Position numbers and translations under genes: made by a program. Shown here one piece after another: positions 1 to 9,283 of a DNA stretch of 16,606 nucleotides. Location of the stretch: the NCBI RefSeq assembly GCF_006345805.1, contig NW_021825125.1:1-16606 (forward strand), given 5' to 3'. The notes under the pieces were generated by a model that made no database searches, was not told the DNA's origin, and worked only from the letters and a program-made list of their open reading frames with translations. Source of the stretch: Octopus sinensis (Eukaryota). Position 1 is the first letter of the stretch. Every line of letters begins with the position of its first letter.

Positions 1-130
1 TGTCTAAGAGAAGAGAAGACAACCATTATTTTACATACCTGAAGATACAATTAGGGAACTCCCGTGACTAAGGTACGACAATGTTTCATGGTGAGTTACA
101 ATTTTATTCGAAATTCATCTTTCAGTAGTA

Positions 131-131
<1 letters not shown>

Positions 132-192
<61 letters not shown>
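132..192. repeat. (GT)n microsatellite
   Basis: Perfect TG/GT dinucleotide run of 61 bp. Confidence 0.99.
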
Positions 193-193
<1 letters not shown>

Positions 194-385
194 TTCTATT
201 TTTTTAAATTATTATAAATCTTCCCCCTGAGGAGGGAGCCGGTTTCCAACAAAGATACAAGGCTCCATCTTTGGGATGTAGTTAACAGAGACAAATTCAC
301 ATTTGGAACTTGAGAAAACTCTTGCATATTTTTACTCACAGATTGCACATGTAATGTACGAATTAGCCGGTCGATTTCTCTTTTT

Positions 386-614
386 GTACGTATGTATGTA
401 TGTATGTATGTATGTATGTATGTATGTATTCATGTATGTATGTATGTATGTATGTATGAATGTATGTATGTATGTATGTATGTATGTATGTATTCATGTA
501 TGTATGTATGTATGTATGTATGTATGTATGTATGTATGTATGTACGTACGTATGTATGTATGTATGTATGTATTTATGTATGTATGTATGTATGTGTGTG
601 TGTATGTATGTATG
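386..614. repeat. (TATG)n microsatellite, slightly degenerate
   Basis: Tandem TATG units with occasional substitutions; accounts for the MYVC/YIHT ORFs at 303-743. Confidence 0.99.
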
Positions 615-1450
615 TGTGCGAGTAGAAATACTCACACACACACATGGTGCAGGCTGAAACTTGAAAGTACAATATTTTGACGACTCCTCACATTTTCGCT
701 TATTAAGTTCTGACAACCCCATAACAAAATAACAAAACGACACAGTGAATACAAACCACGACGACAGAGATTATTAATCAACTTACTTGTTATGCTTAAA
801 TACATCTATTTCAAGAACTGTGGAAAAGCAAAAAGATGTAGCTTTTACAGAGTTATGGTTCTCTTAAAATGACACCGTGAAAAAATCTATGAAAGAGACG
901 ATCTTGCGTGAACGTCTGCTTTTAAGTAAACGCAATGAAGTGACTGCTGTGTTGTCGGGGAAAAAATACAAAGAAATATAGGAAAAGAAGTACTCTACAA
1001 AACACAGAAACGGTAAGAAGAGGAGGGAGAGAAGTATAATAGGTTAGTAGAGGCGGTAAATCGGTAAATCTGTTGCTATAACATAGTTCTCATCGTGGCA
1101 TGCCCTGGCTTAGAAAGACCAAACAATAAAAGAAGAGAAAAAAGAAAGCGCTAAAGAGAATACGAGAAGAAAAGAAAGAAAGTAAGAAGTGGAACGTGGA
1201 ATTATATAATACGGTGAGTAAATAAATTAATGTGAAGAGGGTAACGAAGTATTATCTGAGTGCAATTTATTTTAGTTGATCGACATTTTCAGGTTTTATC
1301 TTCAGCCATGGTCTAAGTTTGGCTTACTGTGTTTGGCAATGGGAACATAAAACAGCACTGAAAGATCAGTATACACACTTGAAACAGCAGAGATTAAAAC
1401 AATGGCATTTATATCAAAGAAGTTCTTAGCAAGTTCCAATTGATCGAGGC

Positions 1451-1508
1451 AGCGTTTGTCCCTGAGAAGACAACGTCATGCCGAAACATCGGTGTCTGAC
1501 AGACCGCT
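1451..1508 (+). ncRNA. Degenerate minimal type I hammerhead ribozyme motif (Penelope/retrozyme-like)
   Basis: Stem I is agcgtttgtc (1451-1460) with gacagaccgct (1498-1508). Core ctgagaa at 1462 departs from CUGANGA by one base. Stem II is gaca/tgcc with one mismatch, followed by GAAAC at 1483-1487. Stem III is aca/tgt with loop tcgg, and the GUC cleavage triplet is at 1494-1496. Confidence 0.55.
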
Positions 1509-1907
1509 GACGTCATTTACAGCATTTTGTGTTTTCAATACACAGAGTTTCTTTGGAGAAGTTATTCTCCGAGACTAAATCCCGCAGCGAGCGCATTTCT
1601 ACGTTCGTGTACATAAATGTGTTATAAATGATGTACTCATCGTTGTTATACTATAGTAAGAGTTTAAGTAAAGAGGCAATACAAATTAATTTAAGAACAC
1701 GCTATATCAAATTCATAACGAAAGGAGAAATTTAAGACAGTATTATATCTATGTTATTAGTGGTCAGATTAAAGGGAAGTGGATTCAAGCGGGAATCAAA
1801 ACTGAGTAGCAAACCCTGCTCGCCAAAGTTCTTGCTATTTCTAAATGAGGACACAGCTAAACATTTATAGAAAGGTGGAAACGGGTGAGTGAATAATTGA
1901 CACTTAC

Positions 1908-1921
1908 AGATAGATAGATAA

Positions 1922-2000
<79 letters not shown>
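1908..2000. repeat. (AGAT)n microsatellite abutting the LINE 3' end
   Basis: Near-perfect GATA tandem array of 93 bp. Confidence 0.99.
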
Positions 2001-2159
2001 TGTTTCTTTATTAGCCACACAGGGCTGCACACAGATAGAACAAATTACAAGGTAGAGCTTTTCTTTTGAAGGTATTAAAAAAAAAAAAAAAAAAAAAAGG
2101 AGGGGGAGGTTCGATCAAAAGGGATCGTAAAAGGAGAGAAAGAGGACAAAAATAAGGGG

Positions 2160-2197
<38 letters not shown>

Positions 2198-2349
2198 GGG
2201 AGAGGAAAAAAAAATGATCAATAGGGATCGTTATCACAGAAATGTCAATATGAAGTGTAAAGGGGAGGACAGGTGAGGTTTACCCGTGGAAAGAAAAGCC
2301 TGCGGAAAAGACCACGGTAACCTCGGTCAATGAAGTCACATTTTATATT

Positions 2350-2383
<34 letters not shown>

Positions 2384-4942
2384 AAATAAGCAACTCTCTG
2401 TTTTCGATTTCTGGGTTCATAGGACTATGCTCAAGGTGGCTTCGTCATTCATACGTGCCATTCTTGCTACATTCACCCATCTTTTTTTAAAACATTCGCT
2501 AGACAAAACTTGCCTCTCTACTCTCACTTTCCTTTTCAAGTGGTACTTGAAGAAGTTGATGAGAGATTGACCAGAGAGGAAAGTGTTTGTCTCCAATCCT
2601 TTCAGACGCGTCCACCAGATACATTCTTTCGCCATAGCCACAAGGATGATGAAAATAGCTCTTCCTTCCCGTTTGAAGGAAGGAGGCGTGACAATATTGA
2701 CGATAGACTCAGCTGATAAACCGACTCGTCCCACACGTGACAGCAGTTGTTCGACATAAGCCCACAGGTCGGAAATTGTTGGACACTGAACGAGTGCGTG
2801 CAGAACGGTTTCGTCGCTCTGACCGCATCTCGGGCAGGTCGGCCCCGTGTTTCTCGAGCCGTGTCTGTAGAGCTTATCCCGAACGGGTAGCGCTTCTCGG
2901 TAGCACTGCCAGGCCAGGGATCTCTGGAAGTTGTCCATGGGCCCTGGCCCGAAAGTCGTCCCGAACAGGCGGGTCAGGTACTCCTCGTCGACGTCCAGGT
3001 TCGCCCCGAGCTCGTCGTCGTACCTCCCCTCCACTAAACCCCTATAGAATGCTTTGGTTGTGTTGAAGTCACTTAAGGTCGACCCAGGACGGCAGAGTTG
3101 CTTGAGAGCAACGCGACACTCGCGGTGCCATTCGCCCCCTTCCTCGGCCTCTTTTGATCCACGACTGCAGTTCGGTCATGGAGACGAGCTGCGGAAAGCG
3201 TGCCTCACAAACGGCGACCACACCTGTTCACCGTCGTCTACATAGAGCCAGAGATGTCGCAGTCTCAGCGCGTGTCTGCGCCTCATCAACCACGGCATGC
3301 CCAGCCCTCCTTTTAACGGGTGTTGACAGCAAATGGATCGCCTGACCATCGGGACGCATCCTTTCCACAGAAAGCGAAAGAGGATGCGTTGTAGTTTGGT
3401 GATGGTAGGGTCGGACAAGGTACGACGGTCAGGCGGTAGTAGATGACGGACGCGATCTACGTGTTCGCCACCTCCGCTCGACCTTTTAGGGACAGTTTCC
3501 TCTCGGCCATTGCCGAGCGAGAGTGACCACCCTACTCGTATCTCGTTCCAGTTCTTCTCCACTTGGAGGTCCGGACCAAACCAGACCCCGAGCAACTCAA
3601 CCGGGCCGTCGGTCCAGCGTCCCACGACGGAGGCGCTGGTGGACGGCATGGGCTTGCTTCTCCAGGTGCCTAGTCGCAAGCCCACTGACTTTCCCGGTGA
3701 TTTTCGCTCCTGTCACCGCTTCGTAGTTTTTTCAGTGTCTCGTCGACCAGCTCGATGTGCTCGTGGCTAGACACTATGACGGTGACGTCGTCCGCGTATG
3801 CAGACACGCTCGTCCCGCATCCCAATTCTCGCGGGATGCCCCTTAGAGTCGCCAGCTTCCGCAGTAGTGGCTCAAGAGTCAATACGTATAGAAGCGCCGA
3901 GAGGGGGCATCCCTGACGGACCGAACGTGCAATGTCGAAGGTCTCGATAGATGTCCATTTACGCGAATTACCGAACGGATGCCTCTGTACAAGGCAGCTA
4001 TCCAGCCGCGGAAGACGGGACCGAAACCAGCCGCTCTCAGGACTGCCTCCAAGTATCGATGGTCTACCCTATCAAAGGCTTTTGATTGATCCAAGTTGAT
4101 CAGGGCCCCACCCATGCCAGGTTCGTTAACTACCCTGTCTATGATGTAGCGCATCAGATGGAGGTTGTCATGGATGGTCCGGCCTGGCACGGCGCATGTT
4201 TGCGCCTTGTCGACCAGTTTCTCGATGACAAGCGCCAACCTCTTGGCCAGCACCTTGGCCAAAATTTTCAAGTCTGCATTAAGCAGAGTGATGGGCCTAA
4301 AGTTATCTATTACATTTCCCTTGTTTAGATCTTTCTTCAGCAGTGTTACGGCTCCTCGGCTCACAAAACCAGGAATGCTCCCGTTTTGCTGCCAGTTGCA
4401 GTACACCGCCGCCAAGAGATCTCCAAACAAGTCTGGCATACAATTGTAAAGCTCGTAGGGTAGACCATCCAAACCCGGTGATTTGTCCCTCGAGCATTCT
4501 GCCATCGCTTCCCGCACTTCCGCCGCCGTGATGGCACCTTCGCAGCACCCTGCCTTTCTTGTCGAGAGTCGTGGTAGGCTATGTAGGTAGGCACTGAAGT
4601 CCACCCTACGTTCTTGCCCTCCACTCGTTCCGAACAGTCGGGCAAAATGCCGCTGAAAGGCCTCACACATTTTACTTGGCTCGAGCAATTCGCGCCCCTG
4701 TTCATCTACCAGTGACCGAATGGTGGCTTTGTTGCCCTGTTGCGCCTCTGCCACCCGGGCCTCTCTCGCGCGCTCCAACACCTTCGTTCCTTAGAGCACG
4801 CATCCTAGCTCTGACAGCACATCCTTCGTGTTTGGCGTTGAAGTGTTGGTCGAGGGCCAACCTCGCCGCCAAAACGTCGGATGCGATGCCGCTTCTAATT
4901 GCCTCTTCTAGCTTCTTAACTAGCTCACCCTCTACTCTATTT
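2001..4942 (-). mobile_element. 5'-truncated non-LTR retrotransposon, Tx1/L1 clade
   Basis: GC-rich block against an AT-rich background. ORF2 fragments show the EN-RT linker (GCAVRARMR...NKATIRSL), RT motifs (KSPGLDGLP, NFRPITLLNADLKILAKVLA, DQSKAFDRV, RQGCPLS after a frameshift, YADDV) and a C-terminal CCHC motif (CPRCGQSDETVLHALVQC). A 3' UTR follows, with AATAAA at 2007-2012 (minus). No ORF1 or endonuclease domain is present. Confidence 0.95.
2417..4942 (-). pseudogene. LINE ORF2 remnant (reverse transcriptase plus C-terminal zinc knuckle), multiply frameshifted
   Basis: Split over ORF-track segments 4702-4942, 3879-4781, 3670-3882, 3176-3685 and 2417-3034. A 1-bp deletion near 3941 shifts VNGHLSRP into FDIARSVRQGCPLSALLYVLTLEPLL. 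Stop codon TGA at 2417-2419. Confidence 0.93.
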
Positions 4943-5009
<67 letters not shown>

Positions 5010-5015
5010 GGATAA

Positions 5016-5082
<67 letters not shown>

Positions 5083-5086
5083 TGTG

Positions 5087-5128
<42 letters not shown>
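4943..5128. repeat. Compound microsatellite (GATA)n (4943-5082), then (TA)n/(TG)n
   Basis: Seen directly; abuts the truncated LINE 5' end. Confidence 0.99.
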
Positions 5129-5129
<1 letters not shown>

Positions 5130-5320
5130 AGGCGCGTGGCTTAGTGGTTAGGGTGTCAGCATCATGATCGTAAGATGGTGGTTTCGATTCCTGGACGGGC
5201 GACGCGGTGTGTTCTTGAGCAAAAATGAGTAACGCGGCGATGGACTGGGGAACACATACGCCATTGAAACCGGGAAACGGGTCCATGAGCCTGGCTAGGC
5301 TTTAAAAGGGTGCATTTATT
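5128..5320 (+). mobile_element. tRNA-derived SINE, apparently internally deleted
   Basis: A-box-like tggcttagtgg (5138-5148) and B-box-like ggtttcgattcc (5180-5191), then gttcttgagcaaaa, cgatggactgg and an AT-rich (ttta) tail. Confidence 0.75.
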
Positions 5321-5472
5321 TTTATTTATATTATATATATATATATATATTATATAAATTAATATAAATTATATAATGTAATATTTTGAATTCGCCTTAA
5401 ATGGTCCCTTTACATACTGAATACTTGGTGAAATTGATTAATAATTAATTAATTTTACCCTCAATTGTTGAA

Positions 5473-5506
<34 letters not shown>

Positions 5507-5507
5507 T

Positions 5508-5548
<41 letters not shown>
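5473..5548. repeat. (TA)n microsatellite
   Basis: AT dinucleotide run with two interruptions; a shorter run lies at about 5332-5350. Confidence 0.98.
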
Positions 5549-5550
<2 letters not shown>

Positions 5551-5953
5551 ACTTTGCTATATTTACCTTCCCCTTAAAAGAGTTTATAAAATCCCATCTT
5601 CTGTTGGGTTAACAAAAGAAAATTTTAACTATGGCTCATAGTTATAGATCCCATATTTTCTGCCATTTATCTTTAAATTTCCCCGACTTTTAAGATCACA
5701 TTGAAGCATACTTGTGTATTTAATGATTATAACTTCAATAGAGGTTATAAACCTACCTTTCTCCCATATTACATGATTCGTGATTTGGGACCGATTGTCT
5801 GAATTAAGTAATTTATTAACAGAAAAATTAGAAGCATAGTTTTCCTATGGTCACAGCGATATTTCAACTGAGAGGAATAATCGCTGTTGGGTCACGATGA
5901 CATCGCGAAACGACAATGATTTCATAATCAAATACACAAATAACTTGTGAAGG

Positions 5954-5962
<9 letters not shown>

Positions 5963-6009
<47 letters not shown>

Positions 6010-6040
6010 CTCTCTCTCTCTCTCTCTCGCTCTCTCTCTC
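5963..6040. repeat. (TC)n/(TTTC)n microsatellite
   Basis: Seen directly. Confidence 0.98.
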
Positions 6041-6333
6041 CCTCTTTGTTTCTGTATAAATTTAGAATATTTCGATTAATGAAGGTCAAAAAAATCGATA
6101 TTTTTACAATAGACTCATTTTTAGGAGTAAATTCGTTTATCCTGCACAACTTATTATAACGACTTGACGAAATTTGAGATAACATTGAATGAAAAATCAC
6201 AACTGAGAGATTTCTTAATTATAATGTACGCATTCTCTCCATGCCCACCCCGTGGTAGGTTCTTAGTTACGCACAAACGATCCGCGTCTTTGTAGGGATC
6301 TCTGCAAGTAGTATTCGAAAATTTTGCAGTAAA

Positions 6334-6752
6334 TTACTCTTTTATTCTTTTACATGTTTCAGTCATTTGACTGTGGCCATGCTGGAGCACCGCCTTTAGT
6401 CGAGCAAATCGACCCCAGGATTTCTTCTTTGTAAGCCTAGTACTTATTCTATCGGTCTCTTTTGCCCAACCGCTAAGTTACGGGGACGCAAACACACCAG
6501 CATCGGTTGTGAAGCGATGTTGGGGGACAAACACAGACACACAAACATACATACATACATGCATATATATATATATACATACATATATATGACGGGCTTC
6601 TTTCAGTTTCCGTCTCCCAAATCCACTCACAAGGCTTTGGTCGGCCCGAGGCTATAGTAGAAGACACTTGCTCAAGGTGCCACGCAGTGGGACTGAACCC
6701 AGAATCATATGCTTGGTAAGCAAGCTACTTACCATACAGCCAGTCCTACGCC
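6334..6752 (-). mobile_element. tRNA-derived SINE family A, full length (octopus OK/OR-type; exact family unverified)
   Basis: Head with A-box-like tggctgtatgg and B-box-like gggttcagtccc, an internal (TA)/(TG) microsatellite and an A-rich tail (gtaaaaga...). Aligns by eye with the copies at 12725, 14255, 15644 and 16363. Confidence 0.92.
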
Positions 6753-6784
6753 TATAAATTGGGAAAAAAATCATTGATTTCGTT

Positions 6785-6875
6785 TAATCTCTGCAGGATT
6801 TGAACTCAAAGAGTAGACAGTCGGAAACATTAGCGTAAAGCATTGTCTGACGCTCTAACCACTCTGCCAGTTCGC
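6785..6875 (-). mobile_element. Diverged tRNA-SINE head (family B-like)
   Basis: Minus strand reads gcgaactggcagagtggttag...gagttcaaatcc (A and B boxes), resembling the head at 7080-7160. Confidence 0.7.
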
Positions 6876-6884
6876 AACTTGTTT

Positions 6885-6950
6885 GCGTGTGTGCGTGTGC
6901 GTATGTACGTGCGTGCGTGTGTGCGTGCGTGCGTGCGTACATGTTTGTAT

Positions 6951-6995
<45 letters not shown>
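6885..6995. repeat. (GCGT)n/(GT)n microsatellite
   Basis: Seen directly. Confidence 0.97.
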
Positions 6996-6996
<1 letters not shown>

Positions 6997-7079
6997 CGTT
7001 AACGTGTTCCGTGCTGCTAGTCTTGAAAGTTTGCAGTCCTGATGTAATTTTGTTTTCAATTAATTTGCGAATGAAGACT

Positions 7080-7214
7080 GGGAGCTGGCAGAAACGTTAG
7101 CACGCCGGGCGAAATGCTTAGCGATATTTCGTCTGCCGCTATGTTCTGAGTTCAAATTCCGCCGAGGTCGACTTTGCCTTTGATCCTTTCGGGGTCGATA
7201 AATTAAGTAGCAGT
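7080..7214 (+). mobile_element. tRNA-derived SINE family B, 3'-truncated
   Basis: Head gagctggcagaaacgttagc...gagttcaaattcc, followed by the central domain gtcgactttgcctttgatcctttcggggtcgataaattaagta, which matches the reverse complement of 8485-8553. Confidence 0.88.
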
Positions 7215-7385
7215 ATTAAAACTACGAATGCAGAATTGTGGTAGTACACGTTGTAAAATAGCAGGGGTTGTAGTTCTCTAGTGGTGAGGGTAGTACTGTG
7301 GTAGTGGCTGAAGTATTTCAATGGTGATTGTAATACTGAAATGGCGGTCGTAGTTCTGCAGTAGCGATTTTCGTATTCTATCAGT

Positions 7386-7438
<53 letters not shown>
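7386..7438. repeat. (GTA)n microsatellite within a degenerate GTA-rich zone (about 7215-7515)
   Basis: Seen directly. Confidence 0.97.
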
Positions 7439-7439
<1 letters not shown>

Positions 7440-7825
7440 CTACAGTACTGTTCTGGTTGTAATACTAAAGTGGTGGTTATGATATACTAGACGCTGTTGT
7501 AGTACTACAATAGTAGGCCTCAAACAAAAAACACCCCGACGAGACGTTCATGGAACAACTTTGATCATAAGTATGGTCGTTCATGTCTCTCACTCACACA
7601 CACTCTCTCTCTCTCTCTTCCTCAGTCAACTACTCTATACATCTTTTCTCTTTCTCTCTGTGTTTCTCTTCCTCTCTCTATCTATATCTCTCTTTTATGT
7701 CTCCCCTCCTCCTTTTCCTCCCACACATACACGATGTATAAATGAACGTGTAATTCCCTTTGTCGAATGAAAGAACCCGTCGAAGATAATTGGAGCAACG
7801 ACCGAATCATTAGCTTTGAACAAAT

Positions 7826-7909
7826 AATTATGTACAAACACACACACTTGGCCAACCCACGCCAGTTATACATGGCGTGGGTTGGACAAGTGTATGATCG
7901 TACATAATT
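7826..7909. other. Long imperfect hairpin / inverted repeat
   Basis: cacttggccaacccacgcca (7845-7864) pairs with tggcgtgggttggacaagtg (7873-7892) at 19/20, around an 8-nt loop. Basal stem aattatgtac (7826-7835) / gtacataatt (7900-7909) is perfect. Confidence 0.9.
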
Positions 7910-8280
7910 TGGACGTTTGACGCTAATCAAAGATATTTTTTTTATTAATAGTGCATTTCATTAGTGAATCTTACTCGATAAATTTTGTACATTTGTTTGT
8001 CATATTAACTAAGCTGCTCTATTCAGACTTCCAGCATTGAAAAGACGATGTGGAAACAAGGGGAGGAGGACAAAGAGGAGGACGTAATAAAAAGCAATAG
8101 ATGCGTTGGGCTGTCAAATAAATTCGTTCGTTTCTTTCCAGTATTATTTGAATCAACACGAAAAATGATTTTATCGTTGTGTTTTACGGGCGTGTTTTGT
8201 AGTCCTATTCTTCCTCTACAACTATTGTTTATCGTTTTTAAAATTTTAATGAAATTTTACCTTGTTTCCGACATATGAAG

Positions 8281-8958
8281 ATAGAGTACCAGGGGGGGGG
8301 GAAATGAGAATATTTTCGACATCTACTTCTCTTCGTTTTCACACAAGGTTTCAAAGCTACCGAAGCCGCTCGAAACCTTTGTGCTGTGTACATATAAAGT
8401 AATATTCTTTTCTACTCTAGGTACAAGGTCCGAAATTTTTGGGGAGGCGGGACCAGTCGATTAGATCGACCCCAGTTCACTACTGGTACTTAATTTATCG
8501 ACCCCGAAAGGGTGAAAGGCAAAGTCGACCTCGGTGGAATTTGAACTCAGAACATAAAAGATAGAAAGCAATATTATTCCAAGAACTGAACAGAAATGGT
8601 TTTTCACGCTTAAAAGAAGGGAAATTTGACTTCACAGACCATTCACATTCCGATCGACCTGTTCTGTTCAATAAGGGCCGATTGAACGAGATCATCTTCA
8701 AGAATCTGTGTCAATACACAAGAGAAATGGTCCAGCAAATGCGATTCTTTCATGACACCGTCGCCCCTTACCTTCACTGGATGGATAAAGTCCAAAAATT
8801 CGGTGTATGGGTGCCACATGCTCTGAGCAAAGCTCTAACGTTCCTCTATCGCCGCTAGTTTGCTCAGTTGACACCAAGCTGCTCGTGAACACAGACAAAT
8901 ATTTCTTTACCGATTATGAAAAGAAATGATATCTTTACATCAATACGAAGCAGATGAA
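8281..8958 (+). mobile_element. Mariner-family transposase relic (N-terminal half), interrupted by a SINE
   Basis: Conceptual translation EYFRHLLLFVFTQGFKATEAARNLCAVY|IESNIIPRTEQKWF...EGKFDFTDHSHSDRP...LHWMDKVQKFGVWVPHALS. WVPHAL at 8808-8825 matches the mariner WVPHEL signature. Contains frameshifts and stops. Confidence 0.88.
8407..8560 (-). mobile_element. tRNA-SINE family B, 5'-truncated, inserted into the mariner relic
   Basis: B box, central domain and tail are present. Flanked by a 15-bp TSD: atataaagtaatatt (8392-8406) and atagaaagcaatatt (8561-8575). Removing the insert restores the mariner frame. Confidence 0.9.
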
Positions 8959-9019
8959 GGCGGCGAGTTGACCGAATCGTTACCACGGCGAGGAAAATGT
9001 TTTGCAGCATTTCGTCCGT
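8959..9019 (+). mobile_element. Diverged family B SINE head fragment
   Basis: ggcggcgagttgaccgaatcgttaccacggcgaggaaaatgttttgcagcatttcgtccgt resembles the head at 7080-7140. Confidence 0.65.
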
Positions 9020-9081
9020 AGAGATAGGTGGCCAGATGTTAGGGGTGAAGTGGTCGCAAAAATTGTCTGACAGCCATAACT

Positions 9082-9206
9082 GTGAACTGGGGTCGATCTA
9101 ATCGACTAGTCCCGCCTCCCCCAAAATTTCGGGCCTTGTACCTAGAGTAGAAAAGAATATTACTTTCTATGTACACAGCACAAAGGTTTCGAGCGGCTTC
9201 GGCAGC

Positions 9207-9207
<1 letters not shown>
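9082..9207. repeat. 126-bp inverted duplicate of 8355-8480 (SINE tail plus mariner fragment)
   Basis: The reverse complement aligns without gaps, with 5 mismatches in 126 bp by my manual alignment. Confidence 0.95.

Positions 9208-9283
<76 letters not shown>
9207..9283. repeat. (TAGA)n microsatellite
   Basis: Perfect array starting exactly at the end of the inverted duplicate. Confidence 0.99.

Noticed and set aside
227-276. CTGAGGA followed by a ggagcc/ggctcc stem, resembling half a hammerhead
   Set aside because: No GAAA follows stem II and no stem I or III partner is evident.
303-743. ORFs rich in MYVC/YIHT
   Set aside because: Read-through of the (TATG)n microsatellite.
851-1011. Segment flanked by ttttacag and gtaaga splice-like sites
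   Set aside because: Stop codons in all three frames and no other support.
1270-1310. Minus-strand CTGAAGA...GAAA...ATC hammerhead-like spacing
   Set aside because: Stems II and III do not pair.
1338-1432. Short peptide QWEHKTALK... upstream of the hammerhead, possibly a GIY-YIG remnant
   Set aside because: Too short, and no GIY/YIG motif is recognisable.
2510-4951. Several + strand ORFs overlapping the LINE
   Set aside because: Antisense shadows of a GC-rich coding strand with no recognisable motifs.
4702-5286. 194-aa ORF
   Set aside because: Accidental fusion of SINE antisense, microsatellite (THTH/YLSI) and the truncated ORF2 start; not a gene.
5380-5815. AT-rich segment split by (TA)n that may be an old repeat fragment
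   Set aside because: No termini, second copy or convincing translation found.
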